Shown piece after piece: positions 17,824 through 27,840 of a stretch of 61,561 nucleotides of DNA. Source of the DNA: an uncultured Desulfovibrio sp. (lineage in GTDB: Bacteria; Desulfobacterota; Desulfovibrionia; Desulfovibrionales; Desulfovibrionaceae); contig CALVGM010000119.1 in assembly GCA_944327095.1 (NCBI GenBank), positions 1 to 61,561 on the forward strand, in the 5' to 3' direction. Positions within the stretch are counted from its first letter, which is position 1, and the number at the start of each line of letters is the position of its first letter. The notes beneath the pieces are model-generated. The model ran no database searches. It was not told the DNA's origin and saw only the letters and a program-made list of their open reading frames with translations. Position numbers and translations under genes: made by a program.

Positions 17824-20580
17824 GGGTGCGCGACGGACTGGCAGGGGATCCATGGGAATACCTCCAAGGTAGGTCAGCGTGCCGTCCATCCTCATGAAAA
17901 AGGCTAGCTCGCGTACCATCAACCCCTTGTCCATGTACCCCTGGTCATTCAAATTCACTGGGGCCACAACAGCACAATCGAGCTGGTAGTCCACGCACTC
18001 AATGTCATCCACGCCCAGTTTCCGGATAGCAAGGCCTTCTGGATCCTCAAGGCCTTTTTTGCCATGCCTCAGGATGACTGCTTGCTTCACACGGACAACG
18101 ACATTCTCTTCTGCGACGTCTTCCAGTACATCCACCAATGGGGGATTGCGCTCCTCATCGTCGGCAAGGGGAGGCAGCTCGGGCTCAAGATGAGGGGCTT
18201 GAGCCAATGCATTCATGGCAAAGGCACAACATCTTGCCCGTACAAAGCTGATCGCATCATCAGGGACAGCTACTTCTGTAAGGTAGCTTGCACAACATTC
18301 CCCGTATGTCTGTCCGCTTCCGCAGGGGCAGGGAAATGCAAAATCTCCTGCTTCAATGGCTTCTTGGCTGGATAGTTCACGCATTCCTGTATAGAAAATT
18401 CTGCCATCTTCTTTTTCGTAAAAATAGCGTACAGACTGCGGAAATGTACCTCTTGAATCCATCCAGCAGACACTGCCGTCAATATACTCGCGGCCCATCG
18501 TGTCTCTTCCCTGCGAGTACTGCTGAAACAGGTTCGTATTCAGTCCCATACGATGGAGCATAGACAGCATATCGGTAGACAGGGGTGTTTCCCCATGCTT
18601 GAGACGGGAAGTCCTTGCAAGATAGTCGCGTCTGCCAAGCTTCATGGCACTCATACGGGTGCGCACAAGTGTGCACGCGTCTTCTGGCAAGCGAGTACCA
18701 TTGTGATAGGGCGCACAACAGTCGCTATACCTTGCCTCGCGTCCGCAAGGGCACCATGTGTCTGGCTCATCCAGAGTCGCCGCAACATGAGGTTCTATGC
18801 CTGAACAATAGATTTTGCCGTCAACACGCCTGAAATAGCAGCGCGCCTGCAGCTCCATATCGCCGCCAAGAATCTGTCCGCTATAGCAGGCATCCAGGTA
18901 TTCCTCGTCGTCCCTCTTCCCTTTCTCAAGGGTCTCAACCTCTGTCCACAAAATATCGCAAGTGTCCGCAAGAGCGTTCAGCTCATCTGCCCTGAAGAGG
19001 GTTCTCCCCTCTCCCGGACGGGCTGTGCGCTCAAGATATTCCCATTTGTTGCAAGCCATGGCGCAGAAACGGGTGCGCGCCATGGTTTCGATATCTTCTG
19101 GCCAGCGTTCCCCTTCAAGGTACGGCCTACAGCACGTTTCATAGCGCTTTCCACTGCCACAGGGGCATGGACATTTCCTTTGAGCAGCTCTGTACACGGT
19201 TCTGGGCGTGGGAGACGACTCTGTATAGTAGAGCTTTCCTCCTACACGCTCGCACAGGGAGCGCTCCTGCCATTGCTTCAGTTCCGTCCCCTCGTCGCCG
19301 CTCTTTATGCCCTTGGCCATCCAGTCTGCGTACTCTCGTCCCTCACTGTCTACTCCCCTGTTGTACAAGACAAAACGGAAGAAACGCGCAATTTGCGGAT
19401 CTTCAAAAACCCCAGGTAAATTTTGCGGGACAAAATGCCTATCCTCGACCTTGTCAATCCTGGAGGTCGCGTCCAGATACTCCTTGTCTCGACGCGCGCA
19501 GGCAGTGAAGCGCGAACGAACCATGGCCTCGACATCTTCAGGCCAGCGCTTGCCCTCCAGATACGGACCGCAACACTCATCGTACCTTTTGCCGCTGCCG
19601 CAGGGGCAGGCATCGAGATCCTGTTCTTCGCCAAAGGCAGCATTTATATCATAAGCCTGGAGAAAGTCTGCCCTGGTAGTGTAGTATATCTCCCCGCCTA
19701 CAGTAGTAAAATAGTCTCTTTGCTCAAGGAGTGTCTTTCCGTCTTCGGGATTGTCAAATATGTATTCATATTGCACATACCCGTAGTTATCCGAACCTTT
19801 GCCGCTCTCAAGTATATGCAGACCACTCCAGGTTGTTCCCCTTTCCGACTCCTCTTGCAGCTCTAAAAGCGAATATGTCTCTTCACCTGGGGTCTCGTCG
19901 GCAAATTGTGTATCTCTGAGAAATTTCCAGTCTTTTATGCGATAGGCGGTAAAGCGGGCACGTACCATGGCCTCGACGTTTGCCGGCCAGCGTCTCCCCT
20001 TGATGTACGGGCCGCAACACTTGGCATACGTCTTGCCACTCTCGCATGGGCACATGTCTGTATCCGCAGGGATCAGGAAGATTGAATCCTCTGTCGGGAC
20101 ATCGCGCTCGGTAAAGTCCGTTCCTGAAGTATAGTATATCTTGTTGTCTTGTATCGTTCTTGTAAAATAATCCTTTTGTTCCCATTGCTCTGCGCCTGTT
20201 ATGGGAACCATGAGTGTATATTCGTAGCGCACATACTCGTATTTGCCTTCAGCATCTTTGCCACTGCCAAGTATGCGCAGATTCTTGCAGTATTTTCCCT
20301 CCTCAGCCTCCTTTCTCATGTCCACGCTTGCGAAGATATTTTTAGCGGGTGTCTTCTCGTCTTGGCACTCGGTTTTCTCGAGAAAAGGCCAATTGTGCAG
20401 GCAAAAGGCAGTAAAGCGGGCACGAACCATGGTCTCGGCATCTTCAGGCCAGCGCTTGCCCTCCAGATAGGCCCCACAACATTGGTCGTAGCCTTTGCCA
20501 CTGCCGCAGGGGCACATGCCGTCCTTGCCCAACCTTTCACTAGCCTTTGCCCTGTGTTCCCTGTCGTTCCCTGCGCTCAT
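17749..20580 (-). CDS. Six-module tandem YchJ-repeat protein (6 x [SEC-C-like CPCx6-7CC knuckle + NTF2-like domain]) + terminal SEC-C
   Basis: Knuckles begin at about 20514, 20052, 19608, 19167, 18753, 18330 and 17802. The first six are followed by WPE/PED...R.R..A and ...G.(I/L)YY-like segments. ATG at 20580 with AAGGAGG RBS. Confidence 0.85.
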   Translation of the reverse strand: MSAGNDREHRAKASERLGKDGMCPCGSGKGYDQCCGAYLEGKRWPEDAETMVRARFTAFCLHNWPFLEKTECQDEKTPAKNIFASVDMRKEAEEGKYCKNLRILGSGKDAEGKYEYVRYEYTLMVPITGAEQWEQKDYFTRTIQDNKIYYTSGTDFTERDVPTEDSIFLIPADTDMCPCESGKTYAKCCGPYIKGRRWPANVEAMVRARFTAYRIKDWKFLRDTQFADETPGEETYSLLELQEESERGTTWSGLHILESGKGSDNYGYVQYEYIFDNPEDGKTLLEQRDYFTTVGGEIYYTTRADFLQAYDINAAFGEEQDLDACPCGSGKRYDECCGPYLEGKRWPEDVEAMVRSRFTACARRDKEYLDATSRIDKVEDRHFVPQNLPGVFEDPQIARFFRFVLYNRGVDSEGREYADWMAKGIKSGDEGTELKQWQERSLCERVGGKLYYTESSPTPRTVYRAAQRKCPCPCGSGKRYETCCRPYLEGERWPEDIETMARTRFCAMACNKWEYLERTARPGEGRTLFRADELNALADTCDILWTEVETLEKGKRDDEEYLDACYSGQILGGDMELQARCYFRRVDGKIYCSGIEPHVAATLDEPDTWCPCGREARYSDCCAPYHNGTRLPEDACTLVRTRMSAMKLGRRDYLARTSRLKHGETPLSTDMLSMLHRMGLNTNLFQQYSQGRDTMGREYIDGSVCWMDSRGTFPQSVRYFYEKEDGRIFYTGMRELSSQEAIEAGDFAFPCPCGSGQTYGECCASYLTEVAVPDDAISFVRARCCAFAMNALAQAPHLEPELPPLADDEERNPPLVDVLEDVAEENVVVRVKQAVILRHGKKGLEDPEGLAIRKLGVDDIECVDYQLDCAVVAPVNLNDQGYMDKGLMVRELAFFMRMDGTLTYLGGIPMDPLPVRRAPKVGRNDPCPCGSGKKYKKCCGKNA

Positions 20581-20725
20581 GGCTGTAGCCTCCTTGTCCA
20601 AATTGCTGCACAAATCCCTGTACATCCGAAACACTGTATGCCCGAGTGGCCATGCGAGCGGGCATCATGCTCTCCCTGTTCGCCAAGGCCCAGTTTGCCT
20701 CATGTGAACACGTGGCCCTTGTTCC

Positions 20726-21739
20726 CTATCGGGCGTTCTCCCCATTGTCCCTGTCGCTCCCCTTCACCTTCTCCATGCCCTTTTCGATGAGGGGAGAAAA
20801 AAGTCCTCTGCGCATGGGTGTGCCCACAAAATCCGCCCGCTCCCAAAAGGCTATGAACGAGCCAGAAGCCGGATTTCCATGACCGGCCGGCACAAAGAGG
20901 CAGCTGGCAATGCCATTCTTCTCCCCGTCGTAGATAACCTTGCCAAGACGGTTCATCTCCCTGTCATAGGCCACAAAGCTCGTACCCGTGACCTCGCGCT
21001 TGCCCTGCACGGCGTAGACACGCACAAACTTGCCCTCGGGCATGGCGCGCACTATCTCGGCAAGCCCCAGATCCTGCAAAAGCCTGTTTTGCCTTCTGCC
21101 CAGGAAGAAGCCGGATATGCCTGTCCCCAGACCCAGGGCGCCAAAAATGGCTGCCAGGTAGAAGGGATTGAAGCCTGTGTAGCGTCGCACCAGGGAAAGC
21201 GAGGCCCTGTCCTGCTCCCGCGAGCTTGCCGCAACACTGATGGTATATGTCTGGAAGGTCGATGAGGGTTGTCCCTCTACGCCTACAGCCAGGGCATACG
21301 TGCCAGTTGCCGCAGTCTCGCTCACATGCACAAGGCCGCGCCACATGCCCGTTCCAAACCAGTAGCTGGTGAAAAAGCCCTGGAACTCGAAGGACAGGGG
21401 AGCGTCCACCGGGATGGGAAAGGCGCGCATCTCGCTTTCAAGGGCAGGTGCGCTGCCCATGGGACCGGAAATGGGCGCGCTTGAGCCAGGCAGCATTTCC
21501 AGCCTGTAGGATCCTCCGCCACGCATGCGCGACAACAGGCCGTCAGCCAGCACGGCAAAGGCCAGGATGAGCAGGACAGCGGCAAGGATGCCGGTCAGAC
21601 GCTGCCTGTTGCGAGCAGAGGAGTACAAAAGCCACTCCGGGCTCTGGGCCAGGGGGAGGCTGTCCTGAGCCTGGGGCTGTTCCCCGGCATGGTCGCCTGC
21701 GGCGCTGTTCGGGTATGTCTGGGGTTGCTGAGTTTGCAT
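20726..21739 (-). CDS. Hypothetical membrane protein (2 TM, central periplasmic domain)
   Basis: Two hydrophobic segments flanking a FQGFFTSYWFGTGMWRG region; lies downstream of the TauE/DUF4881 operon. Confidence 0.7.
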   Translation of the reverse strand: MQTQQPQTYPNSAAGDHAGEQPQAQDSLPLAQSPEWLLYSSARNRQRLTGILAAVLLILAFAVLADGLLSRMRGGGSYRLEMLPGSSAPISGPMGSAPALESEMRAFPIPVDAPLSFEFQGFFTSYWFGTGMWRGLVHVSETAATGTYALAVGVEGQPSSTFQTYTISVAASSREQDRASLSLVRRYTGFNPFYLAAIFGALGLGTGISGFFLGRRQNRLLQDLGLAEIVRAMPEGKFVRVYAVQGKREVTGTSFVAYDREMNRLGKVIYDGEKNGIASCLFVPAGHGNPASGSFIAFWERADFVGTPMRRGLFSPLIEKGMEKVKGSDRDNGENAR

Positions 21740-21932
21740 GGCATCCACCTTCCTGTGAACTGGGCTTTGACAAGAATAGATTGAAGCCGCTTCTTGGGCA
21801 AGCGCAATGCTCGCGCCGATTCTGGACCGGGGGCAAAAAAAAACTGCCCGCAAGCCAGAGGGGCAGTTTCAGAAAAGACATCCCCACTTGCCGGGCAAGG
21901 GGTTCCGGCAAGCAGGATGTCGGTGGAGATTT

Positions 21933-22274
21933 CTAGAGCGCGATCTGCGTGGGACGCTGCACACACAGGGATGATTCGGCCACCTTCCAGTGCACAAGGG
22001 AATATTTCTTGTGGCCCGGCAGGCGTACAAGTCCTTCGTCCGCGTCTGCGTACACCATGCGGATCCTTGAACAGGCAAAGCGCGCCACTGTCCAGGTCAC
22101 GATGGTGATGCCGAAAAAGTACTGGCAGAAAACGGAAAGAGAAGAGGCCGGATTCAGATAGGACTGATACATGGCCACGCACACGGCAGCCAGCATGACC
22201 AGATTTGCTGCCACGCGAATGGCGCACAGCCATATGGTTCTCTTGTACTGATTGTCTGTGGCATTTCTTCTCAT
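21933..22274 (-). CDS. Small hypothetical membrane protein
   Basis: 113 aa with two hydrophobic segments; AAGGAG RBS. Confidence 0.6.
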   Translation of the reverse strand: MRRNATDNQYKRTIWLCAIRVAANLVMLAAVCVAMYQSYLNPASSLSVFCQYFFGITIVTWTVARFACSRIRMVYADADEGLVRLPGHKKYSLVHWKVAESSLCVQRPTQIAL

Positions 22275-22349
22275 TGTCTTGGCTCCTTCTCCCCTGAGCG
22301 GGGCCCCCAAAGGGAGCCCCGCCAGGGGGATACATCAAATGCTGTGAGA

Positions 22350-22931
22350 CTACTTCTTGAAGATGTTGGTCTTGGACACGTTCATGAAGCGCAGGGCCTG
22401 ATGCTTGGCGTTTTCCTTGTAGTAGATGCGGCATTCGTCGCCAGCTTCCCAGGTGCTGGGGGGCAGTTCAAGATATTCTGCCGGGACCTTGAAGGTGACG
22501 ATTTCGTGCAGACGCTTGGAGTATTCGGTGATGGTGCCCTCGTCCTTGTTGATGACAGGGAACTTGTGACCGGCAACCTTGGGGTTGGAGGGAATGATGT
22601 TCTTCTGGATGTCGGTGAACTCGACCTTCACGGTCTCGAGCTTGCCATCCCTGTAGATGATGACCTCGCTCTTGTCGGTGTTGATCTGCACGCGTCCGCC
22701 GGGAGTGGGTTCGGGGCCGATTTCCGCGGGATCAGCGGGCATGGTGTACTTCATCACGCCACCGGTGTAGGAGGGGTTGTTCACATCGTGATTGACGTCC
22801 AGGACCATAACGAAGGTCTGTTTTGCGGCGTCGTAGGCCACGCAGCGGCCCTGCTCCACCTGCCCGAACTCACATGCGGCGAGACCGAGGCAGAGGACAA
22901 ACAATGCCAGAATCTTGTAGTATGTTCTCAT
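22350..22931 (-). CDS. Lipoprotein, DUF4881-like
   Basis: Lipobox LAAC; GQVEQGR and C-terminal ALRFMNVSKTNIFKK resemble Desulfovibrio DUF4881 proteins as recalled. Confidence 0.72.
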   Translation of the reverse strand: MRTYYKILALFVLCLGLAACEFGQVEQGRCVAYDAAKQTFVMVLDVNHDVNNPSYTGGVMKYTMPADPAEIGPEPTPGGRVQINTDKSEVIIYRDGKLETVKVEFTDIQKNIIPSNPKVAGHKFPVINKDEGTITEYSKRLHEIVTFKVPAEYLELPPSTWEAGDECRIYYKENAKHQALRFMNVSKTNIFKK

Positions 22932-22940
22932 GATGTCCTC

Positions 22941-24005
22941 CTAGTTCTGCTGCGCAGCGCGTCTCTTTTCCGCAAGTTCCTGCTTGGCACCATGGACCAT
23001 CTTGGCGGCGATGTAGATGGGGATACCGGACACAAAGCCGAGCACCACCACAGTGGACACGCCATTGATGAAGCCGGAGTAGGCGGGGAAGTAGGGCTGT
23101 ATCAGCTTGAGGACAACGGAGCACAGGCAGCCGAGGACGGCCAGGCCGAAGGCTGTGCGGATGCCGTAGCCCTTGATGTACTTGGTGGCGACTGCACCAA
23201 TCTGGGCACCAACTGCTGCACCAATGAGCATGATGAGAGCGGCAACCAGTTCGGTACGACCCTTCAGGGTGTAGGTGGCAGCGCCGTACAGGCCGGAGAT
23301 GGCAACTTCAAAGAGGTCGGTGCCGACTGCGATGTGGGTCGGGCAGCCAACGAGGTAGACCAGGGCGGGCATGCGGATGAGACCGCCGCCGATGCCGAGG
23401 ATACCGGCCAGGACACCGGTAAGGAAGGACACACAGATGGGAAGCCATGCGGAGCAGTAGATGCCGGCCTGATGGAAGTGGACCATCGGGGGGATCTTGA
23501 TGGCGTGGAGCTTGGTGGCCCAGTCAAGACCTGTGGCCTTTTCGTCCAGGACTTCGCCCTTGGCAGCGGCTTCGCGTTCCTTCTTCTTGCGCAGGGCCAC
23601 GTCGTGGAAGACCATCCAGGCCATGAGGATGAGCAGGACAACGTAGAGCCAGCGCACAACCTGGTCAACACTGCCGAGGCGCTCGAGCTGCATGACTATC
23701 TGGGCACCGATTTCCACGCCGACCACGGTACCGACAAGCATGGTCAGGCCGAGCTTGTAGTCAACATTGCCGAAGCGGCCGTGACGCATGGTGGAAATGA
23801 GCGATTTGCCTGCCATGTGGGCCACGTCGGTACCAATGGCGAAGGCCATGGGGAAACCAAGGATGTTCAGGCCGGGGGTAACCATCCAGGCACCGCCCAT
23901 GCCGAAGAAGCCGCCGATAATGCCGACACCGAGGCCCAGGATGATGAGACCGGGCCAGAACACGGTGCAGCCGGAAATGGGCATCAAAACATACAACCAG
24001 TCCAT
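22941..24005 (-). CDS. Sulfite exporter TauE/SafE family protein
   Basis: Duplicated GGFFGMGGA / GILGIGGG motifs, AIGTD / AVGTD, multiple TM helices. Confidence 0.9.
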   Translation of the reverse strand: MDWLYVLMPISGCTVFWPGLIILGLGVGIIGGFFGMGGAWMVTPGLNILGFPMAFAIGTDVAHMAGKSLISTMRHGRFGNVDYKLGLTMLVGTVVGVEIGAQIVMQLERLGSVDQVVRWLYVVLLILMAWMVFHDVALRKKKEREAAAKGEVLDEKATGLDWATKLHAIKIPPMVHFHQAGIYCSAWLPICVSFLTGVLAGILGIGGGLIRMPALVYLVGCPTHIAVGTDLFEVAISGLYGAATYTLKGRTELVAALIMLIGAAVGAQIGAVATKYIKGYGIRTAFGLAVLGCLCSVVLKLIQPYFPAYSGFINGVSTVVVLGFVSGIPIYIAAKMVHGAKQELAEKRRAAQQN

Positions 24006-24016
24006 AACGTACCTCC

Positions 24017-24331
24017 CTATTCGGCAGCTTTTCTGTGCTTGAGGTCGATGCCGATGTGATTCATGACCAGGTCAGCCAGCATACCGAAAATGCAGCCGGT
24101 AGCAGGAATGATGACGATGGTCAGAAGCATGAAGTACAGATGACTGTCGTTGTACATCTGTGCCCACCACAGCAGGATGCCGTCCAGACGCCTGGTGTCC
24201 GCGACGATGACAACGTTTGCGGCAGCCTTCTTGGCAGCCAGGACCAAATCGGGAGCTATCAGCAACATTGTTGCCAGACAGCCCACAAACCACGCTGAAA
24301 CTTTCAGTGACAGTTTTCTCAGCTTCGTCAT
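24017..24331 (-). CDS. DVU0150-family small membrane protein
   Basis: VIVADTRRL...WAQMYNDSH...G.LADLVM..IGIDL pattern; directly upstream of the TauE gene. Confidence 0.72.
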   Translation of the reverse strand: MTKLRKLSLKVSAWFVGCLATMLLIAPDLVLAAKKAAANVVIVADTRRLDGILLWWAQMYNDSHLYFMLLTIVIIPATGCIFGMLADLVMNHIGIDLKHRKAAE

Positions 24332-24421
24332 GACTCTCTCCTTGTCAAATCGTTCTGAGACTTGAGCGCAAGTCCTGTTATTGGGTGAATGCGCGTCAAA
24401 TTTGCAATCCAGCTGCTACCA

Positions 24422-24437
24422 AGCACAAAGTGTGCCA
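24422..24437 (-). promoter_or_regulatory. Sigma-54 (-24/-12) promoter for the DVU0150-TauE-DUF4881 operon
   Basis: Minus strand reads TGGCACACTTTGTGCT (GG-N10-GC), about 90 bp upstream of the first gene and divergent from a bEBP gene. Confidence 0.75.
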
Positions 24438-24451
24438 TTGCGCGATTTTGC

Positions 24452-24510
24452 GTGAAAAAAATCACCCCTGTTCCCTGCCATTGCCCCGTACTTTGTGAAA
24501 AAAGTTGCAA
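24452..24510. promoter_or_regulatory. Two palindromic candidate transcription-factor sites (GTGAAAAAAATCAC and TTGTGAAAAAAGTTGCAA)
   Basis: The GTGAA cores start at 24452 and 24495 (43 bp apart), upstream of the sigma-54 promoter. They could be bEBP UAS sites or Rex-like boxes. Confidence 0.5.
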
Positions 24511-24562
24511 AATACCTGTTCCAATGGTATACAGGGGCTGTTACCATCACCGGAGTCGCGCA

Positions 24563-27250
24563 ATGTCTGATCTGCACTTTTCGCCACGCCTGTTTCGCAT
24601 TCCGAGACCACGCTTCTGGGGCAATTCGGGTATTGTCCGCAGGCTCATGCTTGTTTGCCTGCCCTTTCCCCTGCTCATTCTGATTTCGCTTTTCCTTGTC
24701 ACGCATCGCGGCGTGGAAGAAAACCTCGCAAGCGCTATCGCGCAAAATTCCTACATCCTTTCCCAGAGCATGGGCATTGCGCTTTCGCAGACTCTGCAGG
24801 AAACGCGCAACCAGATTGCGGTTCTCGCAACCGGCTCGACCAGCTTCGAGGAACTCAGGCACCGCATCTGGCGCAGGCTCGAAACCCTCAATGCCATGGG
24901 GGATGCGCGCTTTTGCGAGGCCGCCTTCATGGGCCAGGGACAACTGTCCAGCAAGCGCTTTCTCTGGATCCGGGACAGGGGCAAGCTGAGAGCCATCCCG
25001 CCGGACCAGACCGAAATCCAGTCTTCCTCGCCCTTTCTTCCGCCCAGACGCCAGCCCGGGGAACACGAGGTCGTGCTCTCCACTCCTACCGAAGTCTCCT
25101 ATTCTTTCAGCGACTCGACAGACAAGACCCCGCAGTCCCAGGTAACCCTGCAGCTCATGCGCTTTACCGCTCCGGTAACCCTGTCTGATGGCACCTTTGT
25201 CGGCTACCTCATTCTCTCCGTGGACATTGCCTGGTTGCGCGATTCCGTTTCCGGCTGCGCAATATCCATGCGCAGGGGAGAAAAGGCCCCCCTGGCCTTT
25301 TTCGTGGACAACGCAGGCTGGATGATATTCGAGACCGGGCCGCAAACAAGCGAAAAGGAAGGCTCGAAACCGGCGGTGATCGACAGTGTCCGCTCCGGCT
25401 TCCAGGGAGACTTTGGCCGGGCCGGATATTCCCAGGCCTTCCGACCCGGCGCCGAGTACTATTCCTACTGGACCATGATGAACCACATCCAGAAGGGGGA
25501 TGCCGGGCAATTCCAGACAAGCAGTGCCTTGCAGTGGAACAGGGAGGGCATACCGGTCGAAACAGTCAGCTACGCGCCGGTTACCTACGCGTCCGGTGCC
25601 GAAGGGCGCAGGGATGTGGTAGGAGGCATGGTCGTACTCGACACATCCTTTGCAATTGCAGCCCAGCGTTCCATACTGCACACCCGCTACATTGTTGCCT
25701 GCGTCATCGCGGCCCTGCTCCTCTCGCTCTCCCTTTTCTGCATAGGCCTTGCCCTGCGCAAAACACTCAAGAATCTTGGCCGCGACATAGCCGAGTCCAC
25801 ATCCTCGGCCCTTGCCAAGCCCCTGTCGCAGCGCAGCGCCCCGAAAGAGGTGCAGGAGGTGCGCAGCGAAATCAACCGTCTGCTCGATCAGCTGAGGAAT
25901 CTGGAAGACGAGCGCGATATGGAAAACACCCTCGCCTCTGCTCGCATAGAGGTCGAGGAAGTGCACAACATGCCCACCGAAATACCCGTGCCGCCAGACG
26001 GCATCATCGGCGTGAGCCTGGAAATGCGCAATCTGCGCCAGAACATTATTCAGGCGGCCAAGGTCCAGGCAGACGTACTCGTCATGGGGGAAACCGGTAC
26101 AGGCAAGGAACTGGTCAGCAGGGCCATACACTTGCACTCGGCAAACAGTGCTGGCCCCTTCATGACCATCAACTGCGGAGCGCTCGACGAGGGGCTTCTC
26201 ATGGACAGTCTCTTCGGTCACGTGAAGGGGGCCTTCAGCGAAGCCCGCGAGGCCCGCAAGGGTGCCTTCCTTACTGCCGAGGGGGGCACACTCATGCTCG
26301 ACGAGATAGGCAACGCCTCGCCCAAGGTACAGCAGGCTCTTTTGCGCGCCCTCTCGGACAGGCGCATCACACCGCTTGGCTCGGACACAAGCGTACCCTT
26401 CAACACCAGGGTCATAGCCGCCACCAACGCAGACCTGCGCGAGGAAATACAGAAGGGAACCTTCCGCGAGGATCTCTACTTCCGCCTGGCTGTCATTACC
26501 ATCCACACGGTTCCCTTGCGCGAGCACAAGATGGACATTCCCTACCTTGTGATGTTCTTCCTGCGCCAGGCCCGCGAGCAGGACCATTCGGGCAGACCCG
26601 TTCCCTCTCTGAGCAAGGGTGCCCTAAGCCAGCTCATGCACTACCACTGGCCAGGCAACGTGCGCGAGCTGAGCAATACCATTTTCCGCACCGCAGCCTT
26701 CTGCGACGGGGATCTCATCCTGCCGCACCACCTGCACCTGGGCGCGGATTCGTCCCAGGCAGACAAGAAGGCGCATCTGCGCAACGGCAATGGCAAGAAG
26801 GGCTCACAGCCGGATGTGAGCGGCAGGGAGCAGAAGGAAGCGGACAGGCAGGACAATACGCCCATGCCTCCGGCCGTTCCCCAGGAACCGACCTCTGTTT
26901 CGGGACCTGCCCCGGCAGTTCCCCCAAGGGGGCATGAAGACCGCAGCGAAGGCTCTTCCACAACGTCTTCCCAGACGTCTTTCAGGGAGAACGCAGCCAG
27001 TACGCCAGCGCAAAACGCAAAGAGGGATCTTTCCGCCTTTCCCAGACTGCAGAAGCTTTTGCCAGAGCTTGACAGGCTTGGCGAGTTCAGCCGCAAGGAC
27101 TATCAGGAACTTGCGCAGGTCTCCGTACGTACAGCCCAGTACGATCTGCAGCTCTACGTGGAAGAGGGTTTTCTTGAGCGCAAGGGCAGGGGACCCAGCC
27201 AGCGCTACCTTGTAAAAGAGGGTCAGGCCTCCGGCTCTGACGCCGAATAG
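24563..27250 (+). CDS. Membrane-anchored sigma-54-dependent transcriptional activator (periplasmic sensor, HAMP-like, AAA+, C-terminal HTH)
   Basis: Two TM helices; GETGTGKE, FGHVKGAFSEA, MLDEIG, FREDLYFRL, WPGNVREL; C-terminal VSVRTAQYDL HTH. Confidence 0.88.
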   Translation: MSDLHFSPRLFRIPRPRFWGNSGIVRRLMLVCLPFPLLILISLFLVTHRGVEENLASAIAQNSYILSQSMGIALSQTLQETRNQIAVLATGSTSFEELRHRIWRRLETLNAMGDARFCEAAFMGQGQLSSKRFLWIRDRGKLRAIPPDQTEIQSSSPFLPPRRQPGEHEVVLSTPTEVSYSFSDSTDKTPQSQVTLQLMRFTAPVTLSDGTFVGYLILSVDIAWLRDSVSGCAISMRRGEKAPLAFFVDNAGWMIFETGPQTSEKEGSKPAVIDSVRSGFQGDFGRAGYSQAFRPGAEYYSYWTMMNHIQKGDAGQFQTSSALQWNREGIPVETVSYAPVTYASGAEGRRDVVGGMVVLDTSFAIAAQRSILHTRYIVACVIAALLLSLSLFCIGLALRKTLKNLGRDIAESTSSALAKPLSQRSAPKEVQEVRSEINRLLDQLRNLEDERDMENTLASARIEVEEVHNMPTEIPVPPDGIIGVSLEMRNLRQNIIQAAKVQADVLVMGETGTGKELVSRAIHLHSANSAGPFMTINCGALDEGLLMDSLFGHVKGAFSEAREARKGAFLTAEGGTLMLDEIGNASPKVQQALLRALSDRRITPLGSDTSVPFNTRVIAATNADLREEIQKGTFREDLYFRLAVITIHTVPLREHKMDIPYLVMFFLRQAREQDHSGRPVPSLSKGALSQLMHYHWPGNVRELSNTIFRTAAFCDGDLILPHHLHLGADSSQADKKAHLRNGNGKKGSQPDVSGREQKEADRQDNTPMPPAVPQEPTSVSGPAPAVPPRGHEDRSEGSSTTSSQTSFRENAASTPAQNAKRDLSAFPRLQKLLPELDRLGEFSRKDYQELAQVSVRTAQYDLQLYVEEGFLERKGRGPSQRYLVKEGQASGSDAE

Positions 27251-27262
27251 ATACTGGCGTTT

Positions 27263-27838
27263 TCAGGGAGCAGGCGACAGATCCTCGTTCATGGCGACAT
27301 CCTGGCTCGTGTCATACAGTTGCGCCGAGACAATCGCTTTCCTGGGAGCAAAGGCAAGGACAGGGCCTGAGCTTTGGCAAGCCCGTCCGCGAGGCTCAGG
27401 CCTGCGCGCAAGAGAGCAGCAATATCGAAGTAGTCCTTCCATTGCGCTCTTTGAGTGATGGTTGCCAGCTTCAGGGCCAGCAAATCCTCCAGAGAGGCCA
27501 GCTGTATCCCATGCCTTGTATCCACCACAGGCTTTCCAGAGACGCCCAAGGGCAATGCCGCCGAAAAAGGAAAGATAGACTCCCTCTTCCGTTTTCAGGG
27601 ACAGGGTATTTTCTTCATCCTGCACTGTGCGCCCCTGCGCCAGAAGCGGCAATAGCTGCAACAGCCTGTCCCTGGCAATCTGCCGTGAGGAGAAGAAATC
27701 GAAATCGATCGAAATTCTATGCCCAAGCTGCAGGGCTATGGATGTTTCTCCGTAGAGGACAAAGCCGTGCTGCGAGAGGACTCCAAGTTCTGCCAAAAGT
27801 CTCTGCTGGGCTTCCGGGAGAATTTGATAGTGGAGCAT
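27263..27838 (-). pseudogene. AbiEii/AbiGii-family nucleotidyltransferase toxin, frameshifted
   Basis: N-part FVLYGETSIALQLGHRISIDFDFF. The conserved continuation (LASLEDLLALKLATITQRAQWKDYFDI) is in another frame after one extra base near 27538. C-terminal region appears shortened. Confidence 0.8.
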
Positions 27839-27840
27839 GG

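Noticed and set aside
17132-20580. CRISPR array or diversity-generating retroelement explanation for the repeats
   Set aside because: The repeats are in-frame coding segments 400-500 bp apart. There is no reverse transcriptase or cas gene, and no adenine-specific TR/VR pattern.
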